64,000 bases of DNA from an uncultured bacterium (GTDB taxonomy: Bacteria > Verrucomicrobiota > Verrucomicrobiia > Limisphaerales > UBA8199), in the NCBI GenBank assembly GCA_963749495.1, contig CAVVMW010000010.1, positions 288,001 through 352,000 of the forward strand, in the 5' to 3' direction. Positions 43,464 through 54,607 of the stretch are shown here, piece by piece. Below the pieces are notes generated by a model. It ran no database searches. It had not been told where the DNA came from and saw only the letters and a program-made list of their open reading frames with translations. Numbering within the stretch: position 1 is the stretch's first letter; every line of letters starts with the position of its first letter. Both the position numbers and the translations under genes were made by a program.

Positions 43464-44945
43464 TCATTGCCCCCGCTCCTCCCGCCATCTGACCAACTCC
43501 CGCCCCACCCTGGCCACCACCCCCGGCCAGTCGCCGGGTTTGTCCTGGCGGAAGAGGCGCATGGTTGGGTACCAGGGGGTGTCGGGCCGGTGAAGCATCC
43601 AGCGCCACTCGCCGGCAAAAGGGAGCAGGGTCCAGGTCGGTTTGCCCAAGGCCCCACCCAGGTGGGCAACGGCCGTATCGACCGAGACGACCAGATCGAG
43701 TTGGGCAATGGCCGAGGCGGTCTCATCGAAGCTGGTGAACCGGCTGCCGAGGTCGGTGAACGGGCTTGTCCAGGGGGCTTGGGCGAGGTCGGCGGCGCGG
43801 GGGCCGGCCTGGAGGCTGAACCATTGGAAACCGGGCAACCCGGCCAGGGGGCGGAAGTGCTCGAGAGGCATCGAGCGGTTGCGGTCGTTCCTGTGCTTGG
43901 GGTCTCCGGCCCAGGCGAGGCCGACCTTGAGGCAGCCGGCGACCGGGGTTCCGAGGGGAAAGACCTGGTCGGGCGGCGCCAGGTATGGGACCTTGTCCGG
44001 CAGCGTTGCGCGGGTGGTGCGGAAGATGGCCGGCAAGCTCAGGATCGGGGCGTGGACATCGAATGCGGGCAGCCGGGCCCGCCCGCTGCCGGCCTGGCCC
44101 ACACCGGGCGCCCGGGCCAGCAGCGAGACCATCGCCGGCGGACAGCCCACCAGCACCACGCCGCCGCGTTCCGCCACCAGCGGCGCATAGCGGATGAACT
44201 GAATGATGTCGCCATATCCTTGCTCCGAGTGCAGCAAAATCCGCCGTCCGCCCAAAGGGCTCCCATCCCAAAGCGGCTGCGCACACACGGCCTCGGGCGT
44301 GGTGAAGTCCTTGAGTTTCCAGCGCCATTCGTACTCGGCCCATCCGCGCTCCCACTGGCCTTTGGCCAGCAAGGCGGTGGCCAGTTGCCAATGCGCCTCG
44401 GCGTTGGCCGGCTCGAAACGCAGGGCCTTTTCGCAGCAGGCGATGACGGCATCCAGGTCGAGTTGGTCCTGGTAGAGGAGGCTTTGGTTGACCAGGGCGT
44501 CGGCGTGGCTGGGTCGCAAGGCCAGGGCCTGGGTGTAGGCGGCCATGGCCTGGGCCGGCCGTTCGAGGGTCTGGAGGACCAGGCCGAGGTTGTAATGGGC
44601 GTCGGCGTTGGCGGGGTCCAGGGCGATTTCCCGGCGGCAACATTGGGCGGCGGTCTCGAGGTCCCCGCGCTGTTTATGGATGGCGCCCAGCAGCAGGTGC
44701 AGTCTCGGATGGGAGGGGCGCAGTCGAATCGCCGCCTCCAGGCACTGGACCGCCTCCTCCAGGCGGTTGAGCGCCCTCAGGGCCAGGCCGAGGCGGCAAT
44801 GGCCCTCGAAACAGTCCGGCTGCCGTTGCAGGAGTTGGACGAAGAGCCTGGCCGCCTCCAGGCTGCGACCCTGCTCGGCACAGGCGCACCCGCGGCGAAG
44901 CAGCGCCTCGGGCGAATCGGAATTGGGTTGTGACGGGGAGTTCAA
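43464..44945 (-). CDS. TPR repeat protein with glycosyltransferase-like C-terminal domain
   Basis: TPRs, then YEWRW, EQGYGDIIQFIRY, VGLAWAG, LVVSVDTAVAHLGGALG. Confidence 0.88.
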   Translation of the reverse strand: MNSPSQPNSDSPEALLRRGCACAEQGRSLEAARLFVQLLQRQPDCFEGHCRLGLALRALNRLEEAVQCLEAAIRLRPSHPRLHLLLGAIHKQRGDLETAAQCCRREIALDPANADAHYNLGLVLQTLERPAQAMAAYTQALALRPSHADALVNQSLLYQDQLDLDAVIACCEKALRFEPANAEAHWQLATALLAKGQWERGWAEYEWRWKLKDFTTPEAVCAQPLWDGSPLGGRRILLHSEQGYGDIIQFIRYAPLVAERGGVVLVGCPPAMVSLLARAPGVGQAGSGRARLPAFDVHAPILSLPAIFRTTRATLPDKVPYLAPPDQVFPLGTPVAGCLKVGLAWAGDPKHRNDRNRSMPLEHFRPLAGLPGFQWFSLQAGPRAADLAQAPWTSPFTDLGSRFTSFDETASAIAQLDLVVSVDTAVAHLGGALGKPTWTLLPFAGEWRWMLHRPDTPWYPTMRLFRQDKPGDWPGVVARVGRELVRWREERGQ

Positions 44946-45280
44946 TCAAATCCGAAATCCGAAATCCGAAATCCGAAACAAATCCAAAATTCAAAAAGGA
45001 AATGTTCAAAACTCGTTCGACACCGCGTAGCGGTGCCCGATGGTAGCCGTGGACTTTAGTCCACGGGTCCCGGCAGAAGATCACCGGCGTCGCGTAGCGG
45101 CGCTTGAAACACAGGCCCCCGGGCTCTCAACCGTCGCTACGCGACGCAGGATGCTTTCAACGCCCTGAACCGTGGACTGGAAGTCCACGGCTTACCTTCG
45201 GCGTGTCGCTACACGACACCTGACCCCAATGCGCAGGTCGGCCCCACGCCTTCGGCCCCTCGCCCCTCGACCCTCGTGCC

Positions 45281-46747
45281 TCAGGCCTCCCAGCCCGCGC
45301 GGTTGTGGCGTTGGACGAACTGGGCGGCTTCGGGAATATTGGGCGAGCGCATCGCCGGGCCGTCCCACTCCATGCGCCGATTGACGCCGACGCGCAGGGC
45401 CACGCAGCCCAGCAGGATGACCTCGGCCAGGTAGGCGGCGATGTCGAAGTTCGAGTAGGCGGGCGTGCCTTCCTTCATCATGCGGAACCATTCCTGCATG
45501 TGGCCGGGGGAGCGGGGGATGGTCTGGGGCACGGTCTCGGTCTTGCAGGCCGCATGCTGATTGCCCTTCACGTAGCCCTCCTCCCCCTTGAGCCACACGA
45601 AGAATTGCTCGCCGTAGTCGTCCGGGGAGAAGATCTTGCCCTTTTCGCCGATGATGAGGGCGCCGCTGCGGGGCAGTGTTTCGTTGACCGAGGAGAGGAT
45701 TTCTTTGATGGCATCACCGCTCGGGCGGAGGAGCTTGACCGATTTGTCCTCTGGTTTGCCGTCGTACCACCAGAACTTGAGGGGCGGCATGTCCTCGCGC
45801 TCCGGGAATTCGAAGCGGATGCGAGAGGTCTTGGGGAAGGTCTCGGGGTACATCTGGGAGGCCTCTTCGAGCTCCACCACGTTGGGATAGCCCAGTTTGA
45901 GGGCGCGGAAGGGCATATTGACGGTGTGGCAGGCCATGTCGCCCAGGGCGCCGGTGCCGAAATCGAACCAGCCGCGCCAAGCGAAGGTGTGATAGACGTG
46001 ATCGTTTGTGCCTGGATACTTGTCCTTGAAAGGCCGCACGGGGGCGGGCCCGAGCCACACGTCCCAGTCCAGGTAAGCGGGGACAGGGTCTTCGCCTGCG
46101 GGCCGGTTCAGGCCCTGGGGCCAGATCGGGCGGTCGGACCAGACATGGCACTCGACGGGCTTGCCGATGACGCCGGCGTGGATGACCTCGACGGCGCGGC
46201 GCAAGCCAGAGGCGGCGCTGCCCTGGTTGCCCATTTGGGTGGCCAGGTTCTTCTCCTTGGCCAGGCCGCGCACCGTGCGCGCCTCGAAGACGGTCTGCAC
46301 CAGCGGTTTCTGGCAGAAACAGTGTTTGCCAAGCTTCATCGCGCGGATGGCGGCGACCCCGTGATTATGGTCCGGCGTCGAGACGGTCACCGCGTCGATG
46401 CTCTTGTCCATCTCATCGAGCATCTTGCGGTAGTCCTGGTACTGCTTGAGGTCGGGGAATTTCTGCTCGAACTGTCTGGCCTTCCGGGCCAGGGTCCGCT
46501 TGTCCACGTCGCAGATGGCGACGATGTTGCCGCCGCAGTGGTTGGCATCGCTGCTGTCGCTGTCGCCTTTGTTGCCGACGCCGATGCAGGCCACGTTGAT
46601 GCGCTCATTGGCGCCCAGGACGCGGCCGACGTAGGGAAAGGCGAGCGTGGCGGCGCCGGCCGCCAGGGTCGTGCGACCCAGGAATTGGCGGCGGGTGAAG
46701 GTGGAGGTGCTCGGTTTGACGCTCGAATTCGAAGTCGTTTTTCTCAT
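45281..46747 (-). CDS. Tat-exported Gfo/Idh/MocA oxidoreductase
   Basis: TRRQFL; VSTPDHNH, CQKPL, TQMGNQG, GDMACH. Confidence 0.92.
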   Translation of the reverse strand: MRKTTSNSSVKPSTSTFTRRQFLGRTTLAAGAATLAFPYVGRVLGANERINVACIGVGNKGDSDSSDANHCGGNIVAICDVDKRTLARKARQFEQKFPDLKQYQDYRKMLDEMDKSIDAVTVSTPDHNHGVAAIRAMKLGKHCFCQKPLVQTVFEARTVRGLAKEKNLATQMGNQGSAASGLRRAVEVIHAGVIGKPVECHVWSDRPIWPQGLNRPAGEDPVPAYLDWDVWLGPAPVRPFKDKYPGTNDHVYHTFAWRGWFDFGTGALGDMACHTVNMPFRALKLGYPNVVELEEASQMYPETFPKTSRIRFEFPEREDMPPLKFWWYDGKPEDKSVKLLRPSGDAIKEILSSVNETLPRSGALIIGEKGKIFSPDDYGEQFFVWLKGEEGYVKGNQHAACKTETVPQTIPRSPGHMQEWFRMMKEGTPAYSNFDIAAYLAEVILLGCVALRVGVNRRMEWDGPAMRSPNIPEAAQFVQRHNRAGWEA

Positions 46748-47025
46748 GTTGACGTTTCAGTTGGGCAGATGATGTCATGGGCGCGGAAAGGATTCAAGAG
46801 CGTTTCCGCGTTGCCATGCTTTCATCCTCTGACTTGCGGCCCCCAGCCGGTATTCAACCTGTGTTGGCGGAGCTTCCCCTCACCCCGGCCCTCTCCCCTT
46901 CCGAAGGGGAGAGGGCCGGGGTGAGGGGTCTGCCCGGGGTGCCGCTCCCACTGAGGTCTTACGCGAGCGTTATTCATAATCGTTGCATTCCAGGCGCGAC
47001 TTGCTTACGCTCATCGCACACCGAT

Positions 47026-48219
47026 ATGAATCCTTTGATTTGTCCGACTCGCCTGGCCTTTAGACTGCTCTTACGAGGCGGGCTCGCGTTGGGCCTGGTG
47101 CTGGCTGCGGCGGAGGGACTGAAGGCGGAGGGCTACCGCACCACCCTGGGAACGTCCCCGGACGATTTCCCGGTCGTGGTGGTCTCCGGCACGCCTTACG
47201 AGATGGGCTTGGCCCTGGGCAGACTGATGGGCGAGGAGATGAGGGCCTTTGCGCCGGCGTTCCTGGCGGCGGCGAACCGGGCGGGCCCGGGGCTGAGCCA
47301 GAGCCGGTTGGACGAGGCCTGGCGGACGATGGAGCCGTTCATGAGCCAGCGGTTCAAGGACGAGTTGCGGGGCCTGGCCGAAGGGAGCGGGCTGGAGTTA
47401 AGACTTCTGCAGCGGGCACATATAATCCCGGCCATCAGCGAGTATTCGTGCAGCGGCGTCGCCCTGTGGGGCCAGGCAACGCGCAACGGCCACCTCTACC
47501 AAATCCGCAATCTGGATTACTCGACGGGCGCGCACCTGCAGGATTTTCGGTGCGTGGTCATCTACGTTCCCAACGAGGGCGTGCCGCACCTGAACCCCGC
47601 CTTCGCCGGCAGCATCGGTTGCCACACGGGCATGAACGCCCAGGGCATCACCCTCACCGAGATCGGCGATTCACCCGGCCAGGACAAACCCTACGACCTG
47701 CACGGGCTCCACTTCATGATGATGTTCCGCGACATCCTCTACTCGGCGCGGACCCTCGACCAGGCCGTGGCCATGATCCGCGACACCAAACGCATCAAGA
47801 AATACCACTTCGTGGTCGGCGATGGCAAACTGCCCGCCGCCGTCAAGATCAAGGCCTGGGCGCCGGACCTGCTCGTTTGGACCGACAACGATCCCAAGGA
47901 TGAAATGGCCCCGCAGGTGTTCAAGGACATCGTTTATCACGCCGAATCGCGCACCCCAACCGCCCTGGGCCATTTCGCCCAATACGCCCATGGCCGGTAC
48001 GACGCCGACGCGGTCATCCAGTTGTCCAAGGCCATCGGCTCGCTGGGCGGCAACCTGATGAACGCTGTGTACGATGCGACCAGCCTCGAGGCCTGGATCA
48101 GCTATGCCGAGAAAGACGAATGCGCCTACCGCCGCCCCTATGTCCACCTGAACCTCAACGATTTCATCCCTTACAACCCAGCCAACCCCAAGGTTAAAAT
48201 CGAGCGGGTGGCAAAGTGA
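47026..48219 (+). CDS. Peptidase C45 family Ntn-hydrolase
   Basis: [15 protein letters not shown], nucleophile YS|CSG, RNLDY, GMNAQG. Confidence 0.8.
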   Translation: MNPLICPTRLAFRLLLRGGLALGLVLAAAEGLKAEGYRTTLGTSPDDFPVVVVSGTPYEMGLALGRLMGEEMRAFAPAFLAAANRAGPGLSQSRLDEAWRTMEPFMSQRFKDELRGLAEGSGLELRLLQRAHIIPAISEYSCSGVALWGQATRNGHLYQIRNLDYSTGAHLQDFRCVVIYVPNEGVPHLNPAFAGSIGCHTGMNAQGITLTEIGDSPGQDKPYDLHGLHFMMMFRDILYSARTLDQAVAMIRDTKRIKKYHFVVGDGKLPAAVKIKAWAPDLLVWTDNDPKDEMAPQVFKDIVYHAESRTPTALGHFAQYAHGRYDADAVIQLSKAIGSLGGNLMNAVYDATSLEAWISYAEKDECAYRRPYVHLNLNDFIPYNPANPKVKIERVAK

Positions 48220-48301
48220 GAGGTTTAACGCCAGAAAAATGAAATGGGGGCAAAGAAATGAAGAAACGAACTCATCTTTTCCCCAGGGAACCAAAAAAGC
48301 T

Positions 48302-49090
48302 ATGAAACGAGCCTTCACGCTGATCGAACTGCTGGTGGTCATTGCCATCATTGCCATCCTGGCAGCCATGCTGCTGCCCGCGCTGGCCTCGGCCAAGGTC
48401 AAGGCCAACCAACTCCGCTGCATCAGCAATCTCAAGCAGTTGGTCACCGCCGCCATCATGTACCAGCAGGACACCGGCTCCTCGCTCGAATACAACCAAA
48501 CGGGCACGCTCTGGATGAAGACGCTGCTGAACTACTCCATCAAGGTCAAAGAGCACCGGCTTTGTCCTGTCGCCGCCTCCCGCATCCCGCCGCCCCCTGA
48601 CCCTACCGCGGGCACCGCCGCCGCCCCCTGGGACTGGACCGCCTCCACCGACACCAACATGATCGGCAGTTACTCGATCAACGGCTGGCTCTATTACTGG
48701 GACACCAAATCCGACGGCATCATCCAATGGATCGGCGCCAGCGAGAAGCCGAAGTTCTTCCAAAAGGACGTCGCCATTCGCCAGCCCGTGTTGACGCCCT
48801 TTTTCTTTGACGCTATCTGGCCGGACACGTGGCCGGAAATTTCCGACCTGCCGCCCTCCGATTTGTTCCTGGGCGACGTGAACAACGCCCTGGGCCGCTG
48901 CTGCATCCGGCGCCACCCCCTCCCGCGCGGTTCGGCCCGGTCCGTCTCGGGCCGCCCCCTGCCTGGCGCCATTTGCATGAGCTATGCCGACGGCCACTCG
49001 GCCAGGCTCCCCCTGCAACAGCTCAAGACCGTCTTCTGGCACCAGGACTATGTCCCGGTCGCCGACCCCTGGCGCACCACGCCGCCATGA
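48302..49090 (+). CDS. Prepilin-type N-terminal cleavage/methylation domain protein
   Basis: [33 protein letters not shown]-terminal YADGH. Confidence 0.9.
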   Translation: MKRAFTLIELLVVIAIIAILAAMLLPALASAKVKANQLRCISNLKQLVTAAIMYQQDTGSSLEYNQTGTLWMKTLLNYSIKVKEHRLCPVAASRIPPPPDPTAGTAAAPWDWTASTDTNMIGSYSINGWLYYWDTKSDGIIQWIGASEKPKFFQKDVAIRQPVLTPFFFDAIWPDTWPEISDLPPSDLFLGDVNNALGRCCIRRHPLPRGSARSVSGRPLPGAICMSYADGHSARLPLQQLKTVFWHQDYVPVADPWRTTPP

Positions 49091-49459
49091 CCGATCGTGG
49101 GTTTCTCGATTGTAAGGCCACGGTGAAGGCGGCAGGCGCGCAGCGGCGGACCCCTCACCCCGGCCCTCTCCCCTCGGAGGGGAGAGGGAGAAGCGTTGGC
49201 AGTCGCTTGAACTCCCACGTGTCTGTGGTTTGTCGAGTAGCGACGAACCGTTCTCCCTCTCCCCATCGGATGGGGAGAGGGCCGGGGTGAGGGGTTCGCC
49301 CGAGAACCCCCCGTCCGCCTTCAGTGACCGGTTACTCTCGTCTGTGCCTTTCTCTTGACAGCGGGCGCGATCACGATAGAGTGGCTGCACGGCTTCCGCT
49401 TCAGCCACGCTGAAGTTATCCCGCGAGGCCTGCGAGGGGCCGGGAGGCCCCCTTCCTTT

Positions 49460-50752
49460 TCACGTCCTGGCCACTCCGCCGAGCCACTCGTTGAGCTGGC
49501 GCTCCTGGGGGGCCTTGGCGGGGGAGAGATGGAGGAGTTCCATCGCCTCGCCGATGAGATAGAGCGAGCCGGCGATGACGACGAAGCTCTCGGTGGCCGT
49601 GCCGGCCAAGGCGGCGGCGAGCGAGGGGACCTCGAACGCGGCGGCCTGGGGATTGGCTTTGTGGCAGGCCCGGGCCAACTCGGACGGCGAGGCCGTGCGG
49701 TGGCTTTGGACCGGCGTCAAAAGGATGCGCCGGGCCAGCGGGGCCAGGAGGCGGCACATGGCCGCCCAGTCCTTGTCTTGCAGGATGCCCAGCACCAGGG
49801 CGGGTTTGGCCGAGGGAAAGTATTGCTGGAGGGCCGATGCCAGCGTTTGGGCGCCGCCCACGTTGTGCGCGCCGTCCAGCAGCACCTTCTGTCCGGAGGG
49901 CCGGGTGGCCAGTTGCAGCCGGCCCGCCCAGTGGACGTGCTCCAGCCCGGCGCAAAGGGCCGGGGCGTCCACCGGGAGTTGCGGCGCCAGGACGCGCGCC
50001 GTGGCCGCGGCCACTGCGGCGTTCATGCGCTGGTGCCGCCCCAGCAACGGCAGGCGCAGCCCGTCCAGCGGCGGACGATTCATGTCGGCGGGTGTGACGA
50101 CCGTCAGCGGGGCCTGTTGTTCGCCCGCCTTGGCCGCGATCACCTCCAGCGCTTCCGGGGCCTCGGCCCCGGTGATGACCGGCACGCCGGGCTTGATAAT
50201 CCCCGCCTTCTCCGCCGCAATGCCAGCCAACGTTTCGCCCAGCCATTGCTGATGGTCGTATTGAATATTGGTGATGACACTGGCCAGCGGCGTGACGATG
50301 TTGGTCGCATCGAGCCTGCCGCCAAGCCCCGTCTCCCAGGCCACCAAATCACAATGCTGCGCCGCAAAATAGCGCAGGGCCATCACCGTCACCACCTCGA
50401 AGAAGGTCGGGTGCTCGCCCTCGGGAAACTGCTCGACCCACGGGCGCATTTCGTGCGTCAGGCGCGCCACGTCCTGCTTGCTGATGGGCCGTCGGTTGAC
50501 CTGGAGCCGCTCGCCGAAGGCCACCAGGTGCGGCGAGGTGAAAAGCCCCACCCGCAGTCCGCAGGCGCGATAGATGCCCTCGAGCATGGCGCAAGTCGAG
50601 CCCTTGCCGTTGGTGCCGGCCACGTGGATGAAGCGCAGCCGCTCCTGCGGGTTGCCCGCCAGCGCCGCCAGCTTGAACGTGGTCGCCAAACCCAGCTTCG
50701 CCCCGAACCACCGCAGGTCATACAGGTACTGAATCGCGTCCGAATAGGTCAT
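49460..50752 (-). CDS. folC: Folylpolyglutamate/dihydrofolate synthase
   Basis: HVAGTNGKGST, FTSPHL, ETGLGGRLDATN, LDGAHN, GSLYLIGE. Confidence 0.96.
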   Translation of the reverse strand: MTYSDAIQYLYDLRWFGAKLGLATTFKLAALAGNPQERLRFIHVAGTNGKGSTCAMLEGIYRACGLRVGLFTSPHLVAFGERLQVNRRPISKQDVARLTHEMRPWVEQFPEGEHPTFFEVVTVMALRYFAAQHCDLVAWETGLGGRLDATNIVTPLASVITNIQYDHQQWLGETLAGIAAEKAGIIKPGVPVITGAEAPEALEVIAAKAGEQQAPLTVVTPADMNRPPLDGLRLPLLGRHQRMNAAVAAATARVLAPQLPVDAPALCAGLEHVHWAGRLQLATRPSGQKVLLDGAHNVGGAQTLASALQQYFPSAKPALVLGILQDKDWAAMCRLLAPLARRILLTPVQSHRTASPSELARACHKANPQAAAFEVPSLAAALAGTATESFVVIAGSLYLIGEAMELLHLSPAKAPQERQLNEWLGGVART

Positions 50753-51244
50753 TGAACGGCCAAAGGCCGGGCCGCACTATATCCTGCGGAACCCGTTTTG
50801 CACGAGATCTTGTCCGAGAGGAAAATGCCAGGGACCAAAGGGACGAAAGGGACAAAAGGGACGTGATGGCGCTGCTCCAGGTAAGGCATCAGTGAAGGCG
50901 GGAGGCGACGGGAGACGCGAAGCGTTTTGGACTGCGGTCCCGATGCAGTATCGGGACTGCTTTTTGGACCCTGGGGACACGAAAGCGCCAGAGGACTGGC
51001 GCAGTCCAAAACCTTCGGGCTTCCCGCCGGGTCATGGAGAGAGAGTCCTCCGTAGCGGCTTGAGGAAGCGGAGACGCCTGGAAGCTCCCGAAACTTCCGA
51101 CGTTGCGCCCTCTCCCCTTCGGAAGGGGAGAGGGCTGGGGTGAGGGGTCTGCCCGGCACTCCGTCTCCCCCTTCACTGACGGATTACTGCTCCAGACACA
51201 TCCCCCCTTCCCAAGAGAAGGCCGGGTATGTTATCTTGCGCCCG

Positions 51245-51565
51245 GTGAAAACGATTGACCAGAGGCTGCTCGATGAAGTCACGCATCGCCTGGCGAGCGA
51301 GCTGCACCCGGAGGGCATCTGGCTTTTCGGCTCCCATGCCTGGGGGACACCGGATGAGGGGAGCGACCTGGACCTGTTCGTCGTCGTGCCGGAGAGCAAG
51401 GAATCGCCGGTCGAGCGCATCAGACGGGCGCACCGCTGCCTGCGCGGCCTCGGCCTGGCCAAAGACATCCTGGTGAAGACTCGCGAGGAATTCGACCGCT
51501 TGCGGGAGCTGCCTTCCACCCTCGACTATCTCGTCTTCCACAGCGGTCGGAAGCTTTATGGATGA
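51245..51565 (+). CDS. MNT-type nucleotidyltransferase (antitoxin)
   Basis: LFGSHAWG...SDLDLFVV, DILV.T.EE, G.KLYG. Confidence 0.85.
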   Translation: MKTIDQRLLDEVTHRLASELHPEGIWLFGSHAWGTPDEGSDLDLFVVVPESKESPVERIRRAHRCLRGLGLAKDILVKTREEFDRLRELPSTLDYLVFHSGRKLYG

Positions 51566-51728
51566 GACCAGGCGCGAGTGGGTGCGCTCCTGGCTGATGA
51601 AGGCGCACAGCGATTTGCGCTCCGCCCGTGCGCTTCTGGCAATGGCTCAAGCACACAGCACCAAGACGGGGACGCATCGGTTTGCCCTCCGAGTTCACAG
51701 AGACCGGCTGCCATCGTCAGTGCACTGA
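51558..51728 (+). pseudogene. Truncated HEPN toxin
   Basis: MDETRREWVRSWLMKAHSDLRSARALL overlaps the MNT stop; similarity ends after about 27 aa and the frame closes at 56 aa. Confidence 0.7.
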
Positions 51729-52473
51729 GGAGGAGGGTGAGGATGTCTGCGAGCAGGACTGAAACGCCAAAGAGCCTCGTGTCCCAAGCTGCACAATATT
51801 AGGTGCTTCACGAGCACGGCCAGATCTGCGTGAAGGCGGCGCAGATGAAATTGAAGAAAAGACACGGCGGCAGAAGGAATCTGGCAAAGCGCGACCAGCA
51901 GACCGCCTTGTGCAGCCTGGACATTGTGACCGGGGCTCAGAACCTCGCCACCTTGAGCCCGATGGACCGGTTCGACTGGGAACGGCGCCAGCACATCCGA
52001 GGCTCGTTCAAGCTGTCCAGGGAATGGCACGAGCAGAACTGGTTTGTCGAGCAGGTCAACCTGCTCAAGGCGGCGTTCTCCAATTACGGTCTGCGGCTGG
52101 TCCTGCGCTTCCACCAGTTGGGCTTCAAGGTCAAGTCAGGATCCAATGCAGGGTGCGATTAAAGGCGTCGGGAACGCGCCGCGGGAGTTTTGTCCCGGAG
52201 GGACATCTGGCAATAGCCACGCGTTTCAACGCCGTGGGGGCCGCGAAAGGGACCCTCGTCCCGAAGGGACGACTGAGAACATTCCTGGCTTTCAGCCATC
52301 CCTTCGGGACGGACCTGTTCCTTGGGTCCGCTCACCCGGCGTTGAAACGCCGGGCTATTGTCGGAAGCCCCTTCGGGGCAAGAAGGCGCCCTGGGCTGAG
52401 CAACGGTTCTAATCGCACCCGGCGCAGCCGCAAGGTTTGCCCCGCCTCGGTGCTTTCGCTATGGTCGCAACAA

Positions 52474-54369
52474 ATGCAAATGAAAGTGAAAGTAGCTCAA
52501 ACCAACGGGCGGTCCTGGTTTCCTGCGTGTGGCGCGGCGCTTTGTCTGGCGGCAGTGGCGGCTGGCGCGGCTTCTCAAGGCGGGACGGGATTTGTTCTGG
52601 GCCGCGGCGCGCAGCGGCTCATGCTCGACCCGAACGGGGCTTTGGTTGCCTGGGCCGGGCAGTTCGAGCGGGCGGCAGACGCCCAGGGTGCGCTTGCCGG
52701 GGAGGTTCGCTACCGGGATAAGACCCTGAGACTCGAATCGCCTCAAGTCTCTCGCGCCGGAGATCGGTTGAGCTTCAGTTACCGGTGGGCCGCGGAGCCA
52801 GGGCTTGAGATCGCCGTGCAGCACGGGGTCGCAAAAGAAGGCGGCGCGCTCGTCTGGACCCGCGAGGTGCAGGTTCGGGGCCAGGCCAGGTTGGCGTCCG
52901 ATCTGACCGTTTGCCTCCAGTCCTGGCCCGGGCCGTTGCCCAGGCAGACGTGGCTGCCGCTGATCAATGGAACTGGCGCCGCGCTGGGCACCAACGAGGC
53001 CGCCGAGTTCCGTTTTGCGGGTGCCCTGCCTGGCAAAGGCGAGTTGCTCGCGCTGCCGATGGTCAGCATCCCCGCCAAGGGCGAGCGAGGCCGAATCCTG
53101 GTTGCGACCGACCCGTACTTCTCCACGCGATTCAGAGCCGGTGCCATCGAATGGACTTATCTGGCCGGGCCCGGCCTTGAAAACGGGTGCGAGAAGCGGA
53201 GCGTCATGGTGGCCGTCCACAGGGGTTCGAGCGACGAATCCCTCGCCTGGTTTTTCCGCGCAATCCTGCCGGCTGTGGCGCCGGGTCCGGCCTGGCTGCA
53301 CGACATCGCGATGGTGGATTATGACTATTTGAGCGATGGGGGCCTCGGCTGGTTTCGCGACATAGACGCCCTGGCGGCCGCGTTGCCCCCGAGGGACCGG
53401 CGGCAGGTGTTTTTGTGCCTGCACGGCTGGTACGACTTCCTGGGCCGCTACTGTTTCGATGCGCAGACGGGCAGGCTGGACCGGGAGTGGACGGCGTTCT
53501 CGAGTTACGAACTCACCCAAAAAGCCCCCGCCTCCGGAAACATCGGGGGCGAGCAGGTCAACGTGGGCTTTGCCAACTGCAAACCGGTGAAGACGTCCCT
53601 GGCCGACGTGCACCGCCGGCTGCGCCACGCCCGCTCGCGGGGGTTCCGCGCCGGGCTCTATTTCGCCGACGGCCTCAATGCGGGCGAGGGCCTGCCCGAT
53701 TTCGAACCGGCCCGCGTGTTGCAGTGGGGCGGCTGGCAGGGGCCCGATTCCAAGGGCAAGAGCTATCTCCAAAACCCGCTTCACCCCAAAGTGCGCGCCT
53801 TTTTCCTGGACTATGCCAAGGCCCTGCTCGAGGAATTCGGTCCTGACACCGACGCGCTGGTTTGGGACGAGACCTTCCATGTGGGGTGCGGGCAATTGGG
53901 CACGGAGGCCTGGCCCGGCTATGCCGACCGCGCCATGATGCGGCTGGTCCGGGAAGTGACTGCGCTCGTCGAGGAATACAACCGGCGGCACGGGCGGCGG
54001 ATTGCCTTTTTGACCTCGGATTGCCTGGGGGCGTTTGGGGACGAACTCAAGGGGCCGTATGGCCTGGTCTCTCACGGCACCTACCAGGACAGTTGGTGCA
54101 AGCCCGTGGCCTGGTCCTACGGCGTGTTCGCCAATTACCGGAACGTGCTCTGGTCCTGCTGCTGGTGGCCGGTCAGCAAGTGGCCGTGGGTGGAGTTTGG
54201 CGTGCGCCAGCACCAGGCCCCGGTCGCCATCTCCAACGGTTGGGGCGATGACAAAGGCTTCTCGGAAATGACCCCGCCGCAGCAGGCCCGCGTGATCGAA
54301 CTGTTCAACTGGCGCAAAAAACACTCCACCCGGCTAAAGTGGTTTGTTCAGTTGCCCGCTCAGCCATGA
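52474..54369 (+). CDS. Secreted hypothetical protein, glycoside-hydrolase-like TIM barrel (inferred)
   Basis: Signal peptide, beta-rich N-terminal half, LHGWYD, GLYFADG, NPLHP.V..F, LVWDETF. Confidence 0.6.
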   Translation: MQMKVKVAQTNGRSWFPACGAALCLAAVAAGAASQGGTGFVLGRGAQRLMLDPNGALVAWAGQFERAADAQGALAGEVRYRDKTLRLESPQVSRAGDRLSFSYRWAAEPGLEIAVQHGVAKEGGALVWTREVQVRGQARLASDLTVCLQSWPGPLPRQTWLPLINGTGAALGTNEAAEFRFAGALPGKGELLALPMVSIPAKGERGRILVATDPYFSTRFRAGAIEWTYLAGPGLENGCEKRSVMVAVHRGSSDESLAWFFRAILPAVAPGPAWLHDIAMVDYDYLSDGGLGWFRDIDALAAALPPRDRRQVFLCLHGWYDFLGRYCFDAQTGRLDREWTAFSSYELTQKAPASGNIGGEQVNVGFANCKPVKTSLADVHRRLRHARSRGFRAGLYFADGLNAGEGLPDFEPARVLQWGGWQGPDSKGKSYLQNPLHPKVRAFFLDYAKALLEEFGPDTDALVWDETFHVGCGQLGTEAWPGYADRAMMRLVREVTALVEEYNRRHGRRIAFLTSDCLGAFGDELKGPYGLVSHGTYQDSWCKPVAWSYGVFANYRNVLWSCCWWPVSKWPWVEFGVRQHQAPVAISNGWGDDKGFSEMTPPQQARVIELFNWRKKHSTRLKWFVQLPAQP

Positions 54370-54607
54370 ACGTCGGGGCCGCCGCACAGGCAGCAGAAAC
54401 GCTTGCTCTCCCCCCGCAGGAAGTCCAATGCAACTGGAAGGGCCTGAACGAAGATTGCCCCGTGTGCGACGGTTGCGGCTACGTCCCCGCCACCTGACGT
54501 ACTACGCATGTGCGCTGGTCACACAAATGAAACCACCCCGGGACCCTGCCGGTCCGCGCGATTCACATTGAATCCTCCGCCCGATCCGCTACCCTCCCCT
54601 CTCAACA

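Noticed and set aside
54370..54607. Integrase, att site or tRNA at the left border of the defence operon
   Set aside because: No recognisable tRNA, direct repeat or recombinase gene is visible.
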